Assembly: GCA_045647905.1 (NCBI GenBank)
Contig: JAZRMZ010000014.1
Span: forward strand, 8,303-72,302
DNA from: Clostridia bacterium
GTDB lineage: Bacteria > Bacillota > Clostridia > Monoglobales > Monoglobaceae
Length of the DNA: 64,000 bases
Direction: 5' to 3'
Under the pieces are notes generated by a model. It had not been told where the DNA came from. It was given only the letters and a program-made list of their open reading frames with translations, and ran no database searches. Shown piece by piece: positions 33,765-43,708 of the stretch (position 1 is its first letter; each line of letters starts with the position of its first letter). Both the position numbers and the translations under genes were made by a program.

Positions 33765-35078
33765 TTGGAAGAATTAACTCAAATATGGGAAAAGGTTCTT
33801 GAGGAACTGGCTGAGGAAGTTTCGGTGGTTTCTTTTGAATCGTGGATAAAGCCTATCCGTGCAGAGGCCATTGATGATACGAAAATTACACTTGCCGTAC
33901 CGTTTTCTGTTAACAAGAATATGATTATGACAAAGTATTTTTCACTCATTGAAAGCTGTCTGGAGTCGGTGACATCACACAAGTTTGATATTGATGTTGT
34001 TGTTGACGAAAAGAGCAGTGCTTTGGATGATGTTGACCCAATTACAACGGAGAATACGCTCAATCCCAAATACACGTTTTCGTCTTTTGTTGTGGGCAAC
34101 AACAATAATCTTGCTTATGTTGCATCTCTGGCAGTTGCGGAACGTCCCGCAAAAACATATAATCCTTTGTTTTTGTACGGCGGCAGCGGTCTCGGTAAAA
34201 CACATCTGATGCAGGCAATCGGTAATTATTTTATTGAAAATTACCCAAAGAAAAAGGTGCTTTATACCACAAGCGAAAAGTTTACATATGAGCTTGTTAC
34301 GGCAATCCGTGAAAAAACCAATCAGGCATTCAGAAACAAGTACAGAAACGTTGACCTTCTTTTGATTGACGACGTTCAGTTCCTTGCAAACAGAGAATTG
34401 GCTCAGGAGGAATTTTTCCATACATTCAATGCCCTTTATGAGATGGACAAGCAGATTGTCCTCACGTCCGATAGGTTGCCCTCTGAGATTCCTCAGCTTG
34501 AGGAACGTCTGGTGACACGCTTCAACAGTGGTCTCCTTGCGGATGTTCAGCCGCCGGATTATGAAACCCGTATGGCGATTCTGAAAAATAAAATTCAGAG
34601 TGAATATTTGTCGGTTGATGATGAAATTATGGAGTTCATTGCTGACAGCATCAAGTCAAACGTCCGTGACCTTGAGGGTGCGGTGAAGCGTATTCTGGTT
34701 TATGCAGGCATAAAGCGCACAAACGAAATTTCAATGGATCTTGCCAGCGAGGCACTCAAGGATATTCTCACGGCACAGCCCAAGCGCACCATTACGGCAA
34801 AGGTTGTTATTGAAGAGGTTGAAAAGTATTACAGGCTGTCAAAGGACACTCTTGTTTCAAAAAAGAGGTCTGCCGATGTGGCACTTCCCAGACAGGTTGC
34901 AATGTATATTTGCCGTGAAATTCTTGATGACCCATCCTTCCCAAAAATCGGCGATGCATTCAACAGAGACCACACAACGGTTTTGCATAATGTTGGAAAA
35001 ATTGCAGAGGATATTCGTGAGGATGCGGAGCTTGCCAAGACGGTGAGAGAAATTATTTCAAATATAAAAAAGGGATAA
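33765..35078 (+). CDS. dnaA: Chromosomal replication initiator protein DnaA
   Basis: GGSGLGKTHL Walker A, LLIDDVQF, sensor and box VII motifs, and a C-terminal DNA-binding domain (FNRDHTTVLHN). Start set to TTG 33765 after GAAGGAG (track start 33651 lies in AT-rich leader). Confidence 0.9.
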   Translation: MEELTQIWEKVLEELAEEVSVVSFESWIKPIRAEAIDDTKITLAVPFSVNKNMIMTKYFSLIESCLESVTSHKFDIDVVVDEKSSALDDVDPITTENTLNPKYTFSSFVVGNNNNLAYVASLAVAERPAKTYNPLFLYGGSGLGKTHLMQAIGNYFIENYPKKKVLYTTSEKFTYELVTAIREKTNQAFRNKYRNVDLLLIDDVQFLANRELAQEEFFHTFNALYEMDKQIVLTSDRLPSEIPQLEERLVTRFNSGLLADVQPPDYETRMAILKNKIQSEYLSVDDEIMEFIADSIKSNVRDLEGAVKRILVYAGIKRTNEISMDLASEALKDILTAQPKRTITAKVVIEEVEKYYRLSKDTLVSKKRSADVALPRQVAMYICREILDDPSFPKIGDAFNRDHTTVLHNVGKIAEDIREDAELAKTVREIISNIKKG

Positions 35079-35098
35079 TATAAAACAAAAAGACAGAT

Positions 35099-36496
35099 AT
35101 GATGAAGGAATTTGATACAATCGGAGCAATTGCCACACCTGTTGGGGTTGGTGGCGTTGCGATTATCAGAATAAGCGGCGAGGATGCTGAGAATATGGCG
35201 GCAAAGATTGCTTTCCCAAAGAACGGAAAATCTGTTTCCGGGCTTGAAAGCCATAAGCTGACCCTTGCGGACATCAGACGCATAAGCGATGGTGAGCTTC
35301 TTGATGAGGCTTTGGTGGCTGTTATGCGTGCGCCACATTCATATACCGGTGAAACGGTTGTTGAAATCAATTGTCATGGCGGTTATTTTGCTGCGGAATC
35401 CATTATGGAGGAGCTGTTCAGAGCGGGAGTCAGACAGGCTGAAGCAGGTGAATTTACACGGCGTTCATTTGTGAACGGAAAGACAGACCTTATTGGCGCG
35501 GAATCGGTTATTGACCTGATTCATGCAAATTCCTCCCTTGGACAGTCCAACGCCGCAAAGGCACTTTCGGGAAAGCTGTCCCAAAAGGTTGAAAAAATCC
35601 GTGAAAAGGCGATGGATTTTGCGTCAAATCTTTCTGCTGTTGCTGATTTCCCCGATGAGATTGATGAAATAGAAAATGACGAGCTGGAGAAAAAGATTGA
35701 CGAGCTTGTTTTTGATATTGATGAGATGCTGAGCGGTTTTTCAAAGGGCAAAATTATGCGTGACGGAATTCTGACCGCAATTGCAGGACGTCCCAATGTG
35801 GGAAAGTCGTCTCTGCTCAATGCGATGAGCCGTACCGACCGTGCCATTGTGACAGACATTCCCGGAACAACCAGAGATACCGTTGAGGAATATGTGAACA
35901 TAAACGGTGTTGCCCTGCGGCTCATTGACACGGCAGGAATCCGTGAAAGCGACAATTCGGTTGAAAAAATCGGAATTGAAAAGGCAAAGGAAGCCATTGA
36001 CAGTGCTGATTTGTGCTTTTTTGTTCTTGACAGCTCGTGTGAGGTTTCGGAGGAAGATCTTGAGATTTTTGAATATATAAGAGACAAGAACAAGATTGTT
36101 ATACTGAATAAAACAGATATGGGAATGTTTGCGGATTTGGAAAAGTTTGCAGATTTGCTCAAAGCAGACAAGGATTGTTTTGTCTGTACGGCAACCCCAA
36201 AAGACGGAGATGCGCTGGGTATTGATGTTCTTGAGGACAGAATAACCCGAATGTTTATGGGCGGCGGAATTTCAAAGGATGAGGTTTTTATTTCGAACGA
36301 CCGCCAGAAAAATGCTCTGATAAAGGCAAAGAATATTGCACAGAATATGAAAGGGGCTTTATACTCAGGTATGCCTGCGGATATGCTTTATGTTGACCTT
36401 GAAGAGGTTATTGCCGCTCTTGGTGAAGTGACGGGAGTGACGGTGCAGGAGGAAATAATAGACAGAGTTTTTGAAAGATTTTGTGTTGGCAAATAA
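35099..36496 (+). CDS. mnmE: tRNA modification GTPase MnmE (TrmE)
   Basis: DTIGAIATP N-terminus, GRPNVGKSSLLN G1 motif, DTAGIRE G3 motif, and C-terminal FCVGK. Confidence 0.9.
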   Translation: MMKEFDTIGAIATPVGVGGVAIIRISGEDAENMAAKIAFPKNGKSVSGLESHKLTLADIRRISDGELLDEALVAVMRAPHSYTGETVVEINCHGGYFAAESIMEELFRAGVRQAEAGEFTRRSFVNGKTDLIGAESVIDLIHANSSLGQSNAAKALSGKLSQKVEKIREKAMDFASNLSAVADFPDEIDEIENDELEKKIDELVFDIDEMLSGFSKGKIMRDGILTAIAGRPNVGKSSLLNAMSRTDRAIVTDIPGTTRDTVEEYVNINGVALRLIDTAGIRESDNSVEKIGIEKAKEAIDSADLCFFVLDSSCEVSEEDLEIFEYIRDKNKIVILNKTDMGMFADLEKFADLLKADKDCFVCTATPKDGDALGIDVLEDRITRMFMGGGISKDEVFISNDRQKNALIKAKNIAQNMKGALYSGMPADMLYVDLEEVIAALGEVTGVTVQEEIIDRVFERFCVGK

Positions 36497-36520
36497 CCCG
36501 ATTGTTTCGGGTTATTTTTT
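36494..36520 (+). terminator. Intrinsic terminator after mnmE
   Basis: TAACCCGA-TTGTT-TCGGGTTA-TTTTTT, overlapping the stop codon. Confidence 0.8.
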
Positions 36521-36687
36521 ATTGTGAAAAATATAACAAATTTGCAAGTTGAAATTTAAAGAAAAAAAAGCAAAAATTGCATAAAAAAATTAGAAAAACA
36601 GCAAAATTTTTAAAGACAAATCAAAAAAACTGTGGTATAATATTCAGATAAGAAGAATACGTATTGATTTATTGAGGTATATTTATT

Positions 36688-37674
36688 ATGGGAAAGAGTT
36701 TTGAACTTGAATTCAGCTTTGTTGAAAAATGGGGCAGACTTGCAAATGCCGAATATTTCAGAATATATGTTTATGCATTGAGTAATTTCAAAAAGAACGG
36801 AAAGATTCCTGGTGCGGACGAGCTTGCAAAAAAGTTACATATCAGCCGTGAAGCTGTGGAGGAAGCAATTGATTTCTGGATTACGGCAGAGGTGCTCTGG
36901 AGTGACGGAGAGGGATATTCCTTTGCCAAAACCGAAAAGAAAGAGAAGAAGGAAGAATTTTCACCCACAATCAGGCTGAGAACAAGACCGTCCTATGACG
37001 CGGCGGAGATTGATGCGGCTGCGGCGGTGAACGAGAAGGTTGATTATTTGTTTCGTGAGGCAGAGAGGATTCTTGAAAAAATCCTCAGCCCGTCGGACTT
37101 TGAACTGATTTATTCTTTTGTGGACTGGCTGGGGCTTCCGGTTGAAGTGGTTATCATGCTTCTCAGGTTTGCCGCCGGTCAGGGAAAAACAGGAAAAAGG
37201 TACCTTGAAACGGTTGCAATTGACTGGGCGGACAAGGGTATCAATACATATGAGAGTGCAGAAGAGTATATCAGAGAAATTGAGCTGAAGCTGTCAAATG
37301 AAGGGAAGGTCAGGGCAATCCTTGGGATTTATGACAGGGCGCTGAGCCAGACCGAGAAAAAATATATCAGCCTTTGGACCTTTGAAAAGGATATTCCTGT
37401 TGAATTGATTTCCGAAGCCTATGACCGTACGGTTGCCGCAACGGGAAAGCTGAGCTGGGCGTATATGAATAAGATTCTGACCAGCTGGCAAAGTGAGGGC
37501 TTGAAAACCGTTGATGAAATTAAGGCAAGCGAGGCATTGTTTAAACTCAAAAATGCACCCGTCAAGGAACGGTCGGGTGCGCAAAAGAGCAAGTTTAATA
37601 ATTATGTTGATACAAACAAGCCGGATTATTCAAACTTTGCTGAAGAAATCTTGAAAGATATGTTGGGGGAGTGA
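36688..37674 (+). CDS. DnaD-domain replication initiation/helicase-loading protein (B. subtilis DnaB/DnaD-like)
   Basis: Repeated DnaD-like modules (YLETVAIDWADKGINTYESAEEYI; YMNKILTSWQSEGLKTVDEIKA). Followed by a DnaI-like ATPase. Confidence 0.7.
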   Translation: MGKSFELEFSFVEKWGRLANAEYFRIYVYALSNFKKNGKIPGADELAKKLHISREAVEEAIDFWITAEVLWSDGEGYSFAKTEKKEKKEEFSPTIRLRTRPSYDAAEIDAAAAVNEKVDYLFREAERILEKILSPSDFELIYSFVDWLGLPVEVVIMLLRFAAGQGKTGKRYLETVAIDWADKGINTYESAEEYIREIELKLSNEGKVRAILGIYDRALSQTEKKYISLWTFEKDIPVELISEAYDRTVAATGKLSWAYMNKILTSWQSEGLKTVDEIKASEALFKLKNAPVKERSGAQKSKFNNYVDTNKPDYSNFAEEILKDMLGE

Positions 37675-37681
37675 GAAGAAT

Positions 37682-38653
37682 ATGGAATCTGCATATGTAC
37701 TGGCAAGCCGTGAGCTTGAAGAAATACGTATGAACAATCAGGCTGAACAGTCAAGGCGGCATATGGAAGTTTGCAACGCAATTCCGCAGTTTGCGGCACT
37801 TGAAACCGAACTGATGAAAAACGGCACACGCTTGCTGGGGTGCGTTCTGGACAAGTGTAGCAGCTTTGATGAAATTAAAAACAGCATAAAGGAGCTTCAG
37901 AAAAAAAAGGCTGAGCTTCTGAAAGAAAAAGGCTATCCGACAGATTATGTGAATGACATATATTCCTGCGAAATATGCCGTGATACGGGATTTGTTGAGG
38001 GAAAAAGATGTGTGTGCCTGAAAAATCTCATTTCAAAGCATATCGGTGCAAATTCAAACCTCACCGAGTTTATGAGAGGGCAGACCTTTGACAAATTTGA
38101 TATGTCTGTTTTTGCCAATCAGGGCGAGAACAGTCAGCGTGTTCTGAGGGTTATGCAGACCGTGTGCGATACGGCGCTGACCTTTGCCGAGAGCTTTGAC
38201 GTCAGCCACGACAATATGCTGCTCATGGGAAATGCAGGGACGGGAAAGACCTTTGTTTCGAGCTGTATTGCAAACCGTGCGCTGGAACGGGGTAAAACCG
38301 TTTATTATCAGACGGCGTTCAAGCTGTTTGAAATTTTTGAAAGCTCCAAGTTTAACCGTGAGGATGACGAAGCTCCGGGGATTGTGAAATATGTTTATGA
38401 TGTTGACCTTTTGATTATTGATGACCTTGGGACGGAATTTGTTACGCAGTTCACTTCGGCGGCGTTGTTTGATATTATAAATACCCGAATTACTGCGGGA
38501 AAAAGCACCATTATTTCAACCAATCTTGATTTTGAGACATTGTCTGAAAAATACAGCCAGAGAATTGCATCAAGGTTCATCGGTGAATATAAGATTTTGC
38601 AGACCTTGGGAGAAGACATAAGAAAAATTAAGCGTATAAGAGAAAAAAATTGA
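37682..38653 (+). CDS. DnaI/DnaC-family AAA+ helicase loader
   Basis: N-terminal Cys cluster (CEICRDTGF..KRCVC), Walker A GNAGTGKTF, and Walker B LLIIDDLGTE. Confidence 0.8.
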   Translation: MESAYVLASRELEEIRMNNQAEQSRRHMEVCNAIPQFAALETELMKNGTRLLGCVLDKCSSFDEIKNSIKELQKKKAELLKEKGYPTDYVNDIYSCEICRDTGFVEGKRCVCLKNLISKHIGANSNLTEFMRGQTFDKFDMSVFANQGENSQRVLRVMQTVCDTALTFAESFDVSHDNMLLMGNAGTGKTFVSSCIANRALERGKTVYYQTAFKLFEIFESSKFNREDDEAPGIVKYVYDVDLLIIDDLGTEFVTQFTSAALFDIINTRITAGKSTIISTNLDFETLSEKYSQRIASRFIGEYKILQTLGEDIRKIKRIREKN

Positions 38654-38674
38654 CATTGGCAAGGAGGCGTTGTT

Positions 38675-40051
38675 ATGAATATGTCAGAAAAAATTAACAG
38701 TTTGAAGCGGAAGCTGGGATTCAGAACCTTTACCTTTGCGGGTGGGATTCATCCCGAAGACAGCAAGGAAACAACCTGCTCAAAACCTATAATTGACCTT
38801 CCGCCATCGGAGGAAATGGTATTTCCCCTTTCACAGCACATTGGTGCTCCTGCGGTTCCCTGCGTGGCTGTGGGTGACAGGGTGTTTATGGGGCAGAAAA
38901 TTGCAGAAGCGGGCGGATATGTTTCAGCACACATCCATTCGTCGGTTTCGGGCGAGGTGGTTGCAATTGAACCCAGAATGCATCATACGGGAATAAAGAT
39001 GAATTCCATTGTTATTAAAAATGACGGAATGGATGAGCTTTCTCCCGAAATCAAGCCCAAGGACTGGCGAAAAATGTCGGTTAAAGAAATTGTGGAGATT
39101 GTTCGTGAAGCAGGGGTTGTTGGTATGGGCGGTGCAACTTTCCCCACCCATGTGAAGCTCAGTCCTCCTGCTGATAAAAAGATTGAGTATGTGATTGTGA
39201 ACGGAGCGGAGTGTGAACCTTATCTTACCTCCGACCACCGTGCAATGCTTGAAACTCCCGACGAAGTGATTGAAGGTTTAAAAATCCTTGTGAAGGTTTT
39301 TGGGCTTCAGGAGGGGTATATTGCAATTGAAACAAACAAGCCGGATGCAATTGCAGTGATGGAGGAATATGCGGCAAGGGAAACGGAAATCAAAATCAAT
39401 GTGGTTTGTGTGAAAACAAAATATCCCCAAGGCTCTGAAAAGCATTTGATTAAGGCTGTTTGCGGACGTGAAGTGCCTCCGGGAAAGTTGCCTATGGATG
39501 TGGGAGCGGTTGTGGATAATATTGACACCTGTGCGGCAATTGCAAGGGCGTTTATGTACGGTTTCCCTGTTATTATGCGAATTGTGACCGTGAGTGGTGA
39601 CTGTGTTGCAGAACCTTCAAATTTCAGAATCCGTGTTGGAACAAATGTTGAAGATGCCATAAAAAAATGCGGTGGCTTTCAGAAGCCTGCAGCAAAGGTA
39701 ATCATGGGCGGTCCCATGATGGGCATTTCGGTTCCCGATACCGATATTCCGATTGTTAAGGGAAGTTCGGGCATTCTTGGCTTTAGCGAAGCGATGCTCC
39801 ACGGAAAGGTTAAGCAGAACTGTCTCCGTTGCGGAAAGTGCGTTGAAGGATGTCCTATGAATTTGCTTCCCAATGTGATTAAGGAAGCACTTTCGGCTGA
39901 TGATACCGAAAAAATTGAAAAACTTAATGTGACAGACTGTATTCAGTGCGGTTCATGTGCTTATGTTTGTCCTGCGGAACAGAATCCTCTCCAGTCTGTG
40001 AGAACGGCAAGGGCAAAATTGATGAAACAAAAACAGGAGGTGAAGAAGTAA
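38675..40051 (+). CDS. rnfC: Rnf electron transport complex subunit C
   Basis: GGIHP N-terminus, GMGGATFPTH NADH/FMN motif, and two C-terminal CxxCxxCxxxCP clusters. Confidence 0.9.
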   Translation: MNMSEKINSLKRKLGFRTFTFAGGIHPEDSKETTCSKPIIDLPPSEEMVFPLSQHIGAPAVPCVAVGDRVFMGQKIAEAGGYVSAHIHSSVSGEVVAIEPRMHHTGIKMNSIVIKNDGMDELSPEIKPKDWRKMSVKEIVEIVREAGVVGMGGATFPTHVKLSPPADKKIEYVIVNGAECEPYLTSDHRAMLETPDEVIEGLKILVKVFGLQEGYIAIETNKPDAIAVMEEYAARETEIKINVVCVKTKYPQGSEKHLIKAVCGREVPPGKLPMDVGAVVDNIDTCAAIARAFMYGFPVIMRIVTVSGDCVAEPSNFRIRVGTNVEDAIKKCGGFQKPAAKVIMGGPMMGISVPDTDIPIVKGSSGILGFSEAMLHGKVKQNCLRCGKCVEGCPMNLLPNVIKEALSADDTEKIEKLNVTDCIQCGSCAYVCPAEQNPLQSVRTARAKLMKQKQEVKK

Positions 40052-41061
40052 TGTCTAATTTGAATGTCAATGAAAAACTTATTGTTACGGAATCGCCTCA
40101 TGTGCGAGGCAGGTCAACAACATCTTCGGTTATGTTTGATGTTATTGTTGCACTTATTCCTGCACTTCTGGCAGGAACGGTTTTCTTTGGTTACAGAGCG
40201 CTTGTTGTGACGGCGGTTTGTGTGTTGTTCTCGGTGCTTTCGGAATGGGGCTGGTGCAGAATTCTGAAAAAGCCTTCAACAATTGGAGATTTCAGCGCAG
40301 TTGTTACGGGACTTTTGCTTGCCATGAACCTTCCCGTTACCATGCCTTTGTGGATGGCGGCAATCGGTTCGGTTTTTGCGATTATAATTGTGAAGCAGTT
40401 CTTTGGCGGAATTGGCCACAACTTTATGAATCCTGCCCTTGCGGCAAGGGCTTTTCTGCTTACTTCATGGGCGGCGGCAATGACAACGTGGACGGAACCT
40501 TTCGCAAAGCTCAGCTTCTGGTCAAATGTTGATGCTGTTACAACCGCAACACCCCTTTCCCTTGTGAAGGAGGGGGCAACAGGAAATTTGCCTTCTTATG
40601 TCAATATGTTTCTGGGAAATACGGCGGGTTGTATCGGTGAGGTTTCGGCACTTGCGATTCTCGTAGGTGCTCTGTATCTTGTTTGCAGACACATTATCAG
40701 CTTGAGAATTCCTCTTACATATATAGCAACTGTTGCAGTATTCACCTTTATTTTCGGCGGCAAAAACGGATTCTTCACAGGTGATCCTCTGTTGCATATT
40801 TTGTCGGGCGGTTTGATGCTTGGTGCATTCTTTATGGCAACCGACTATGTAACAACACCCTATACCAAAAAGGGTCAGATTATATTCGGTTTTGGCTGTG
40901 GCTTGATTACGGCTGTTATCAGACTTTACGGCGGTTATCCTGAGGGGGTTTCATATTCCATTCTTTTGATGAATGTGGCAACGCCGCTTATTGACAGATT
41001 TACGGCTCCAAAACGTTTTGGGGCTGTGAAAGAAAAGAAAGAAAAGGAGGCTGATTGCTGA
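40051..41061 (+). CDS. rnfD: Rnf complex subunit D
   Basis: Polytopic NqrB/RnfD-like protein (SPHVRG, FMNPALAARAFL, ATPL flavinylation region). ATG 40051 overlaps the rnfC stop by 1 nt. Confidence 0.9.
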   Translation: MSNLNVNEKLIVTESPHVRGRSTTSSVMFDVIVALIPALLAGTVFFGYRALVVTAVCVLFSVLSEWGWCRILKKPSTIGDFSAVVTGLLLAMNLPVTMPLWMAAIGSVFAIIIVKQFFGGIGHNFMNPALAARAFLLTSWAAAMTTWTEPFAKLSFWSNVDAVTTATPLSLVKEGATGNLPSYVNMFLGNTAGCIGEVSALAILVGALYLVCRHIISLRIPLTYIATVAVFTFIFGGKNGFFTGDPLLHILSGGLMLGAFFMATDYVTTPYTKKGQIIFGFGCGLITAVIRLYGGYPEGVSYSILLMNVATPLIDRFTAPKRFGAVKEKKEKEADC

Positions 41062-41645
41062 TGTTTGCGAAAAATGCAATTATTATCTCCTTGAAGCTGT
41101 TTGTTATAACTGCTGTTGCGGCACTTTGCCTTGCGGCGGTGAATATGGTGACAGAGCCGATAATTCAGAAAAATTCCGAAAAGAATGAGGTTCTGGCACA
41201 GCAGAAGGTTTTGAGTGATGCAAAGGAATTTAAAGCCGTTGAAGCACCTCAGCCTGTTGTTTCGGGGGTTAAGACCGAAAAGGTTAATGTGGGTTATGAC
41301 GGAGATGCAGTTGTGGGCTATGCAATAACTGTTGTTTCGGATGCAGGATACGGCGGAAAAATCAGAGTTATTGTGGGTGTGAAAAATGACCTGACCGTTG
41401 AAAAGATTGAGATTCTTGAACATTCCGAAACTGCGGGTCTGGGTGCAAATGCAACAAAACCCAAATTTTCAGGACAGTTTGAAGGAAAAAAAGGCAGTTT
41501 TTCGGTTGTGAAGGGTTCTGCAAAGAATGTGAACGAGATTTCTGCAATCTCAAGTGCAACCATAACGTCAAAGGCTGTGACAAGCTGTGTTAATGCCGCA
41601 CTTGTCAATGCAAAGGAATTACACTCAAAGGGAGGTGCGGAATGA
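41061..41645 (+). CDS. rnfG: Rnf complex subunit G (FMN-binding)
   Basis: N-terminal TM segment, ETAGLG, and SGATITS-like SSATITSKAV FMN attachment motif. Start is ambiguous (41055 or 41061). Confidence 0.85.
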   Translation: MFAKNAIIISLKLFVITAVAALCLAAVNMVTEPIIQKNSEKNEVLAQQKVLSDAKEFKAVEAPQPVVSGVKTEKVNVGYDGDAVVGYAITVVSDAGYGGKIRVIVGVKNDLTVEKIEILEHSETAGLGANATKPKFSGQFEGKKGSFSVVKGSAKNVNEISAISSATITSKAVTSCVNAALVNAKELHSKGGAE

Positions 41646-42259
41646 TGAAAAAGACATTGCTGAACGGTATTTTTAAAGAAAACCCCACTTTTGTTCTGTT
41701 TCTTGGAATGTGTCCGACACTTGCTGTTACCACAGCCGCAATCAACGGTGTTGGTATGGGACTTTCCACTGCGGCGGTTTTGATTTGTTCGAATGTGTTC
41801 ATTTCGCTGCTCCGCAGATTTATTCCCGATAAGGTCAGAATTGCAGCATATGTTGTTGTGATTGCAAGCTTTGTTACGGTTGTTGAAATGCTTATGAAGG
41901 CATATGTTCCGGCTCTTTCGGAATCATTGGGGCTTTACATTCCCCTGATTGTTGTAAACTGCATAATCCTTGGCCGTGCAGAGGCTTTTGCTTCAAAGAA
42001 TGGTATTCTGAAATCGGCAGTTGACGGACTTGGTATGGGGCTTGGCTTCACAGGGGCTTTGACCATCATCGGAAGCATCCGTGAGCTTTTGGGCGCGGGT
42101 TCCCTTTTTGGCATATCGCTTTTTGGCGAGAGCTTTCAGCCAATGACCATTATGATTCTGCCGCCGGGGGCTTTCCTGACCTTGGGGCTTATTGTTATGG
42201 TGATTAATATTGTTTCTGCAAAAAAGAAGAAGGGGGCGAGCAAAATTGTCGTTGATTAG
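41642..42259 (+). CDS. rnfE: Rnf complex subunit E
   Basis: NPTFVLFLGMCPTLAVT and LYIPLIVVNCIILGRAEAFA motifs. Confidence 0.9.
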   Translation: MMKKTLLNGIFKENPTFVLFLGMCPTLAVTTAAINGVGMGLSTAAVLICSNVFISLLRRFIPDKVRIAAYVVVIASFVTVVEMLMKAYVPALSESLGLYIPLIVVNCIILGRAEAFASKNGILKSAVDGLGMGLGFTGALTIIGSIRELLGAGSLFGISLFGESFQPMTIMILPPGAFLTLGLIVMVINIVSAKKKKGASKIVVD

Positions 42260-42842
42260 TGAATTGTTGATTATTTCTGTTGGTGCAATTCTTGTCCAGA
42301 ACTTTGTTTTGGTTCAGTTCCTTGGTATTTGTCCATTCCTTGGGGTTTCCAAAAAGGTGGAAACTGCAACGGGCATGGGCTTTGCCGTTATATTTGTTAT
42401 GGCGTGTGCTTCTGCCATCACATGGGCTGTTCAGCAATTGCTTGATTTGTGCGGAATCGGCTATCTTCAGACCATTGCCTTTATTCTTGTTATTGCCGTG
42501 CTGGTTCAGTTTGTTGAAATGTTTTTACAGAAGTCAATACCAAGCCTTTACAGTTCCCTTGGTATTTACCTGCCCTTGATTACAACAAACTGTGCGGTTC
42601 TGGGTGTTGCCATTCAGAACATAACAAAGTACGCAGGTGTGGATTACAGCTTTCTCAAATCTGTGGTATACGGAACAACAGCAGGTATAGGCTTTACCCT
42701 GGCTATTGTTCTTTTTGCCGGAGTGCGTGAACGTCTTGAAAGCTCGGATATTCCCGAATTTCTCAAGGGAATGCCCATTACTCTTATTACAGCAAGCCTT
42801 TTGTCCATTGCTTTTATGGGCTTTTCGGGCTTGAGTTTTTAG
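42246..42842 (+). CDS. rnfA: Rnf complex subunit A
   Basis: VQNFVLVQFLGICPFLGVS and IYLPLITTNCAVLGVA motifs. Start placed at TTG 42246 (track start 42210). Confidence 0.85.
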   Translation: MSLISELLIISVGAILVQNFVLVQFLGICPFLGVSKKVETATGMGFAVIFVMACASAITWAVQQLLDLCGIGYLQTIAFILVIAVLVQFVEMFLQKSIPSLYSSLGIYLPLITTNCAVLGVAIQNITKYAGVDYSFLKSVVYGTTAGIGFTLAIVLFAGVRERLESSDIPEFLKGMPITLITASLLSIAFMGFSGLSF

Positions 42843-42856
42843 GGGAGGTGTGTGAT

Positions 42857-43690
42857 ATGGATATTTTGTTGCCCGTTGTTATAATTGGTGGAATGGGACT
42901 CCTTTTCGGGGCTTTACTTGCTGTTGCGGCAAAAATTTTTGAAGTTAAAAAGGATGAAAGGATTCCACTTATCACCGAATGTCTTCCCGGCGCAAACTGC
43001 GGCGGATGCGGTTTTGCCGGGTGTGCGGCATATGCCGAGGCAATCTGTACCGATGGTGTAAAGGTCAATCTTTGCCCTGTTGGCGGAAATGTGGCTGCCG
43101 AAAAAATTGCGGAAATTATGGGTGTTGAAGCCGAAAATGTTGAAAGAATGGTTGCCTTTGTTGCCTGCATGGGAACTCCCGATGTTGCAAAAGACCGTTA
43201 TATTAATAATGAAGCAATAAGCTGTCATGCCGCAAACCGTCTTGCAGGCGGAATGAAGGGCTGTACATACGGCTGTCTGGGTTGTGGTTCCTGTGTCGAA
43301 AAATGCACCAGCGGCGGAATTGCCATTGTGAACGGAGTTGCAAAGGTTGACAAGGAACTTTGCACAAACTGCGGAGCGTGTATAAAAGAATGCCCCAGAG
43401 GTGTTATCATCAGAATTCCTTATTCTTCAAGAGCGGCGGTGTTCTGCAATTCAAAGGCAACCGGCAAAGAGGTTCGGCTTGTTTGTGATGCAGGATGTCT
43501 CGGATGCGGAATTTGTGCAAAGAATTGCCCCAAGGAGGCAATTGTTGTTGAAAACAATGTTGCACGCATTGACGGTTCAAAATGTGTTGGTTGCGGCATA
43601 TGTGTTGAAAAATGTCCGAAAAAATGTATTGAGCTGATAAACAAGAATGTGAAAATTCAGGCAGCTGTTGAAGTGAATAAAAGAATTTAA
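42857..43690 (+). CDS. rnfB: Rnf complex subunit B (polyferredoxin)
   Basis: TM anchor, LPGANCGGCGFAGC motif, and several CxxCxxCxxxCP clusters. ATG 42857 follows GGGGAGG. Confidence 0.9.
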   Translation: MDILLPVVIIGGMGLLFGALLAVAAKIFEVKKDERIPLITECLPGANCGGCGFAGCAAYAEAICTDGVKVNLCPVGGNVAAEKIAEIMGVEAENVERMVAFVACMGTPDVAKDRYINNEAISCHAANRLAGGMKGCTYGCLGCGSCVEKCTSGGIAIVNGVAKVDKELCTNCGACIKECPRGVIIRIPYSSRAAVFCNSKATGKEVRLVCDAGCLGCGICAKNCPKEAIVVENNVARIDGSKCVGCGICVEKCPKKCIELINKNVKIQAAVEVNKRI

Positions 43691-43708
43691 ATTTTCTATA
43701 AAACAAAT

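Noticed and set aside
35521-36171. 216-aa ORF antisense to mnmE. Similar long antisense ORFs lie at 51287-51940 (truB), 45867-46424 (nusA), 59013-59648 (Na/Pi transporter), 12046-12642 (pfk), 33975-34421 (dnaA) and 17014-17487 (rsmI).
   Set aside because: All lie fully inside well-supported genes on the other strand. They have Ser/Ile/Phe-rich low-complexity translations, no RBS and no recognisable family. Such frames stay open by chance opposite purine-rich coding strands.
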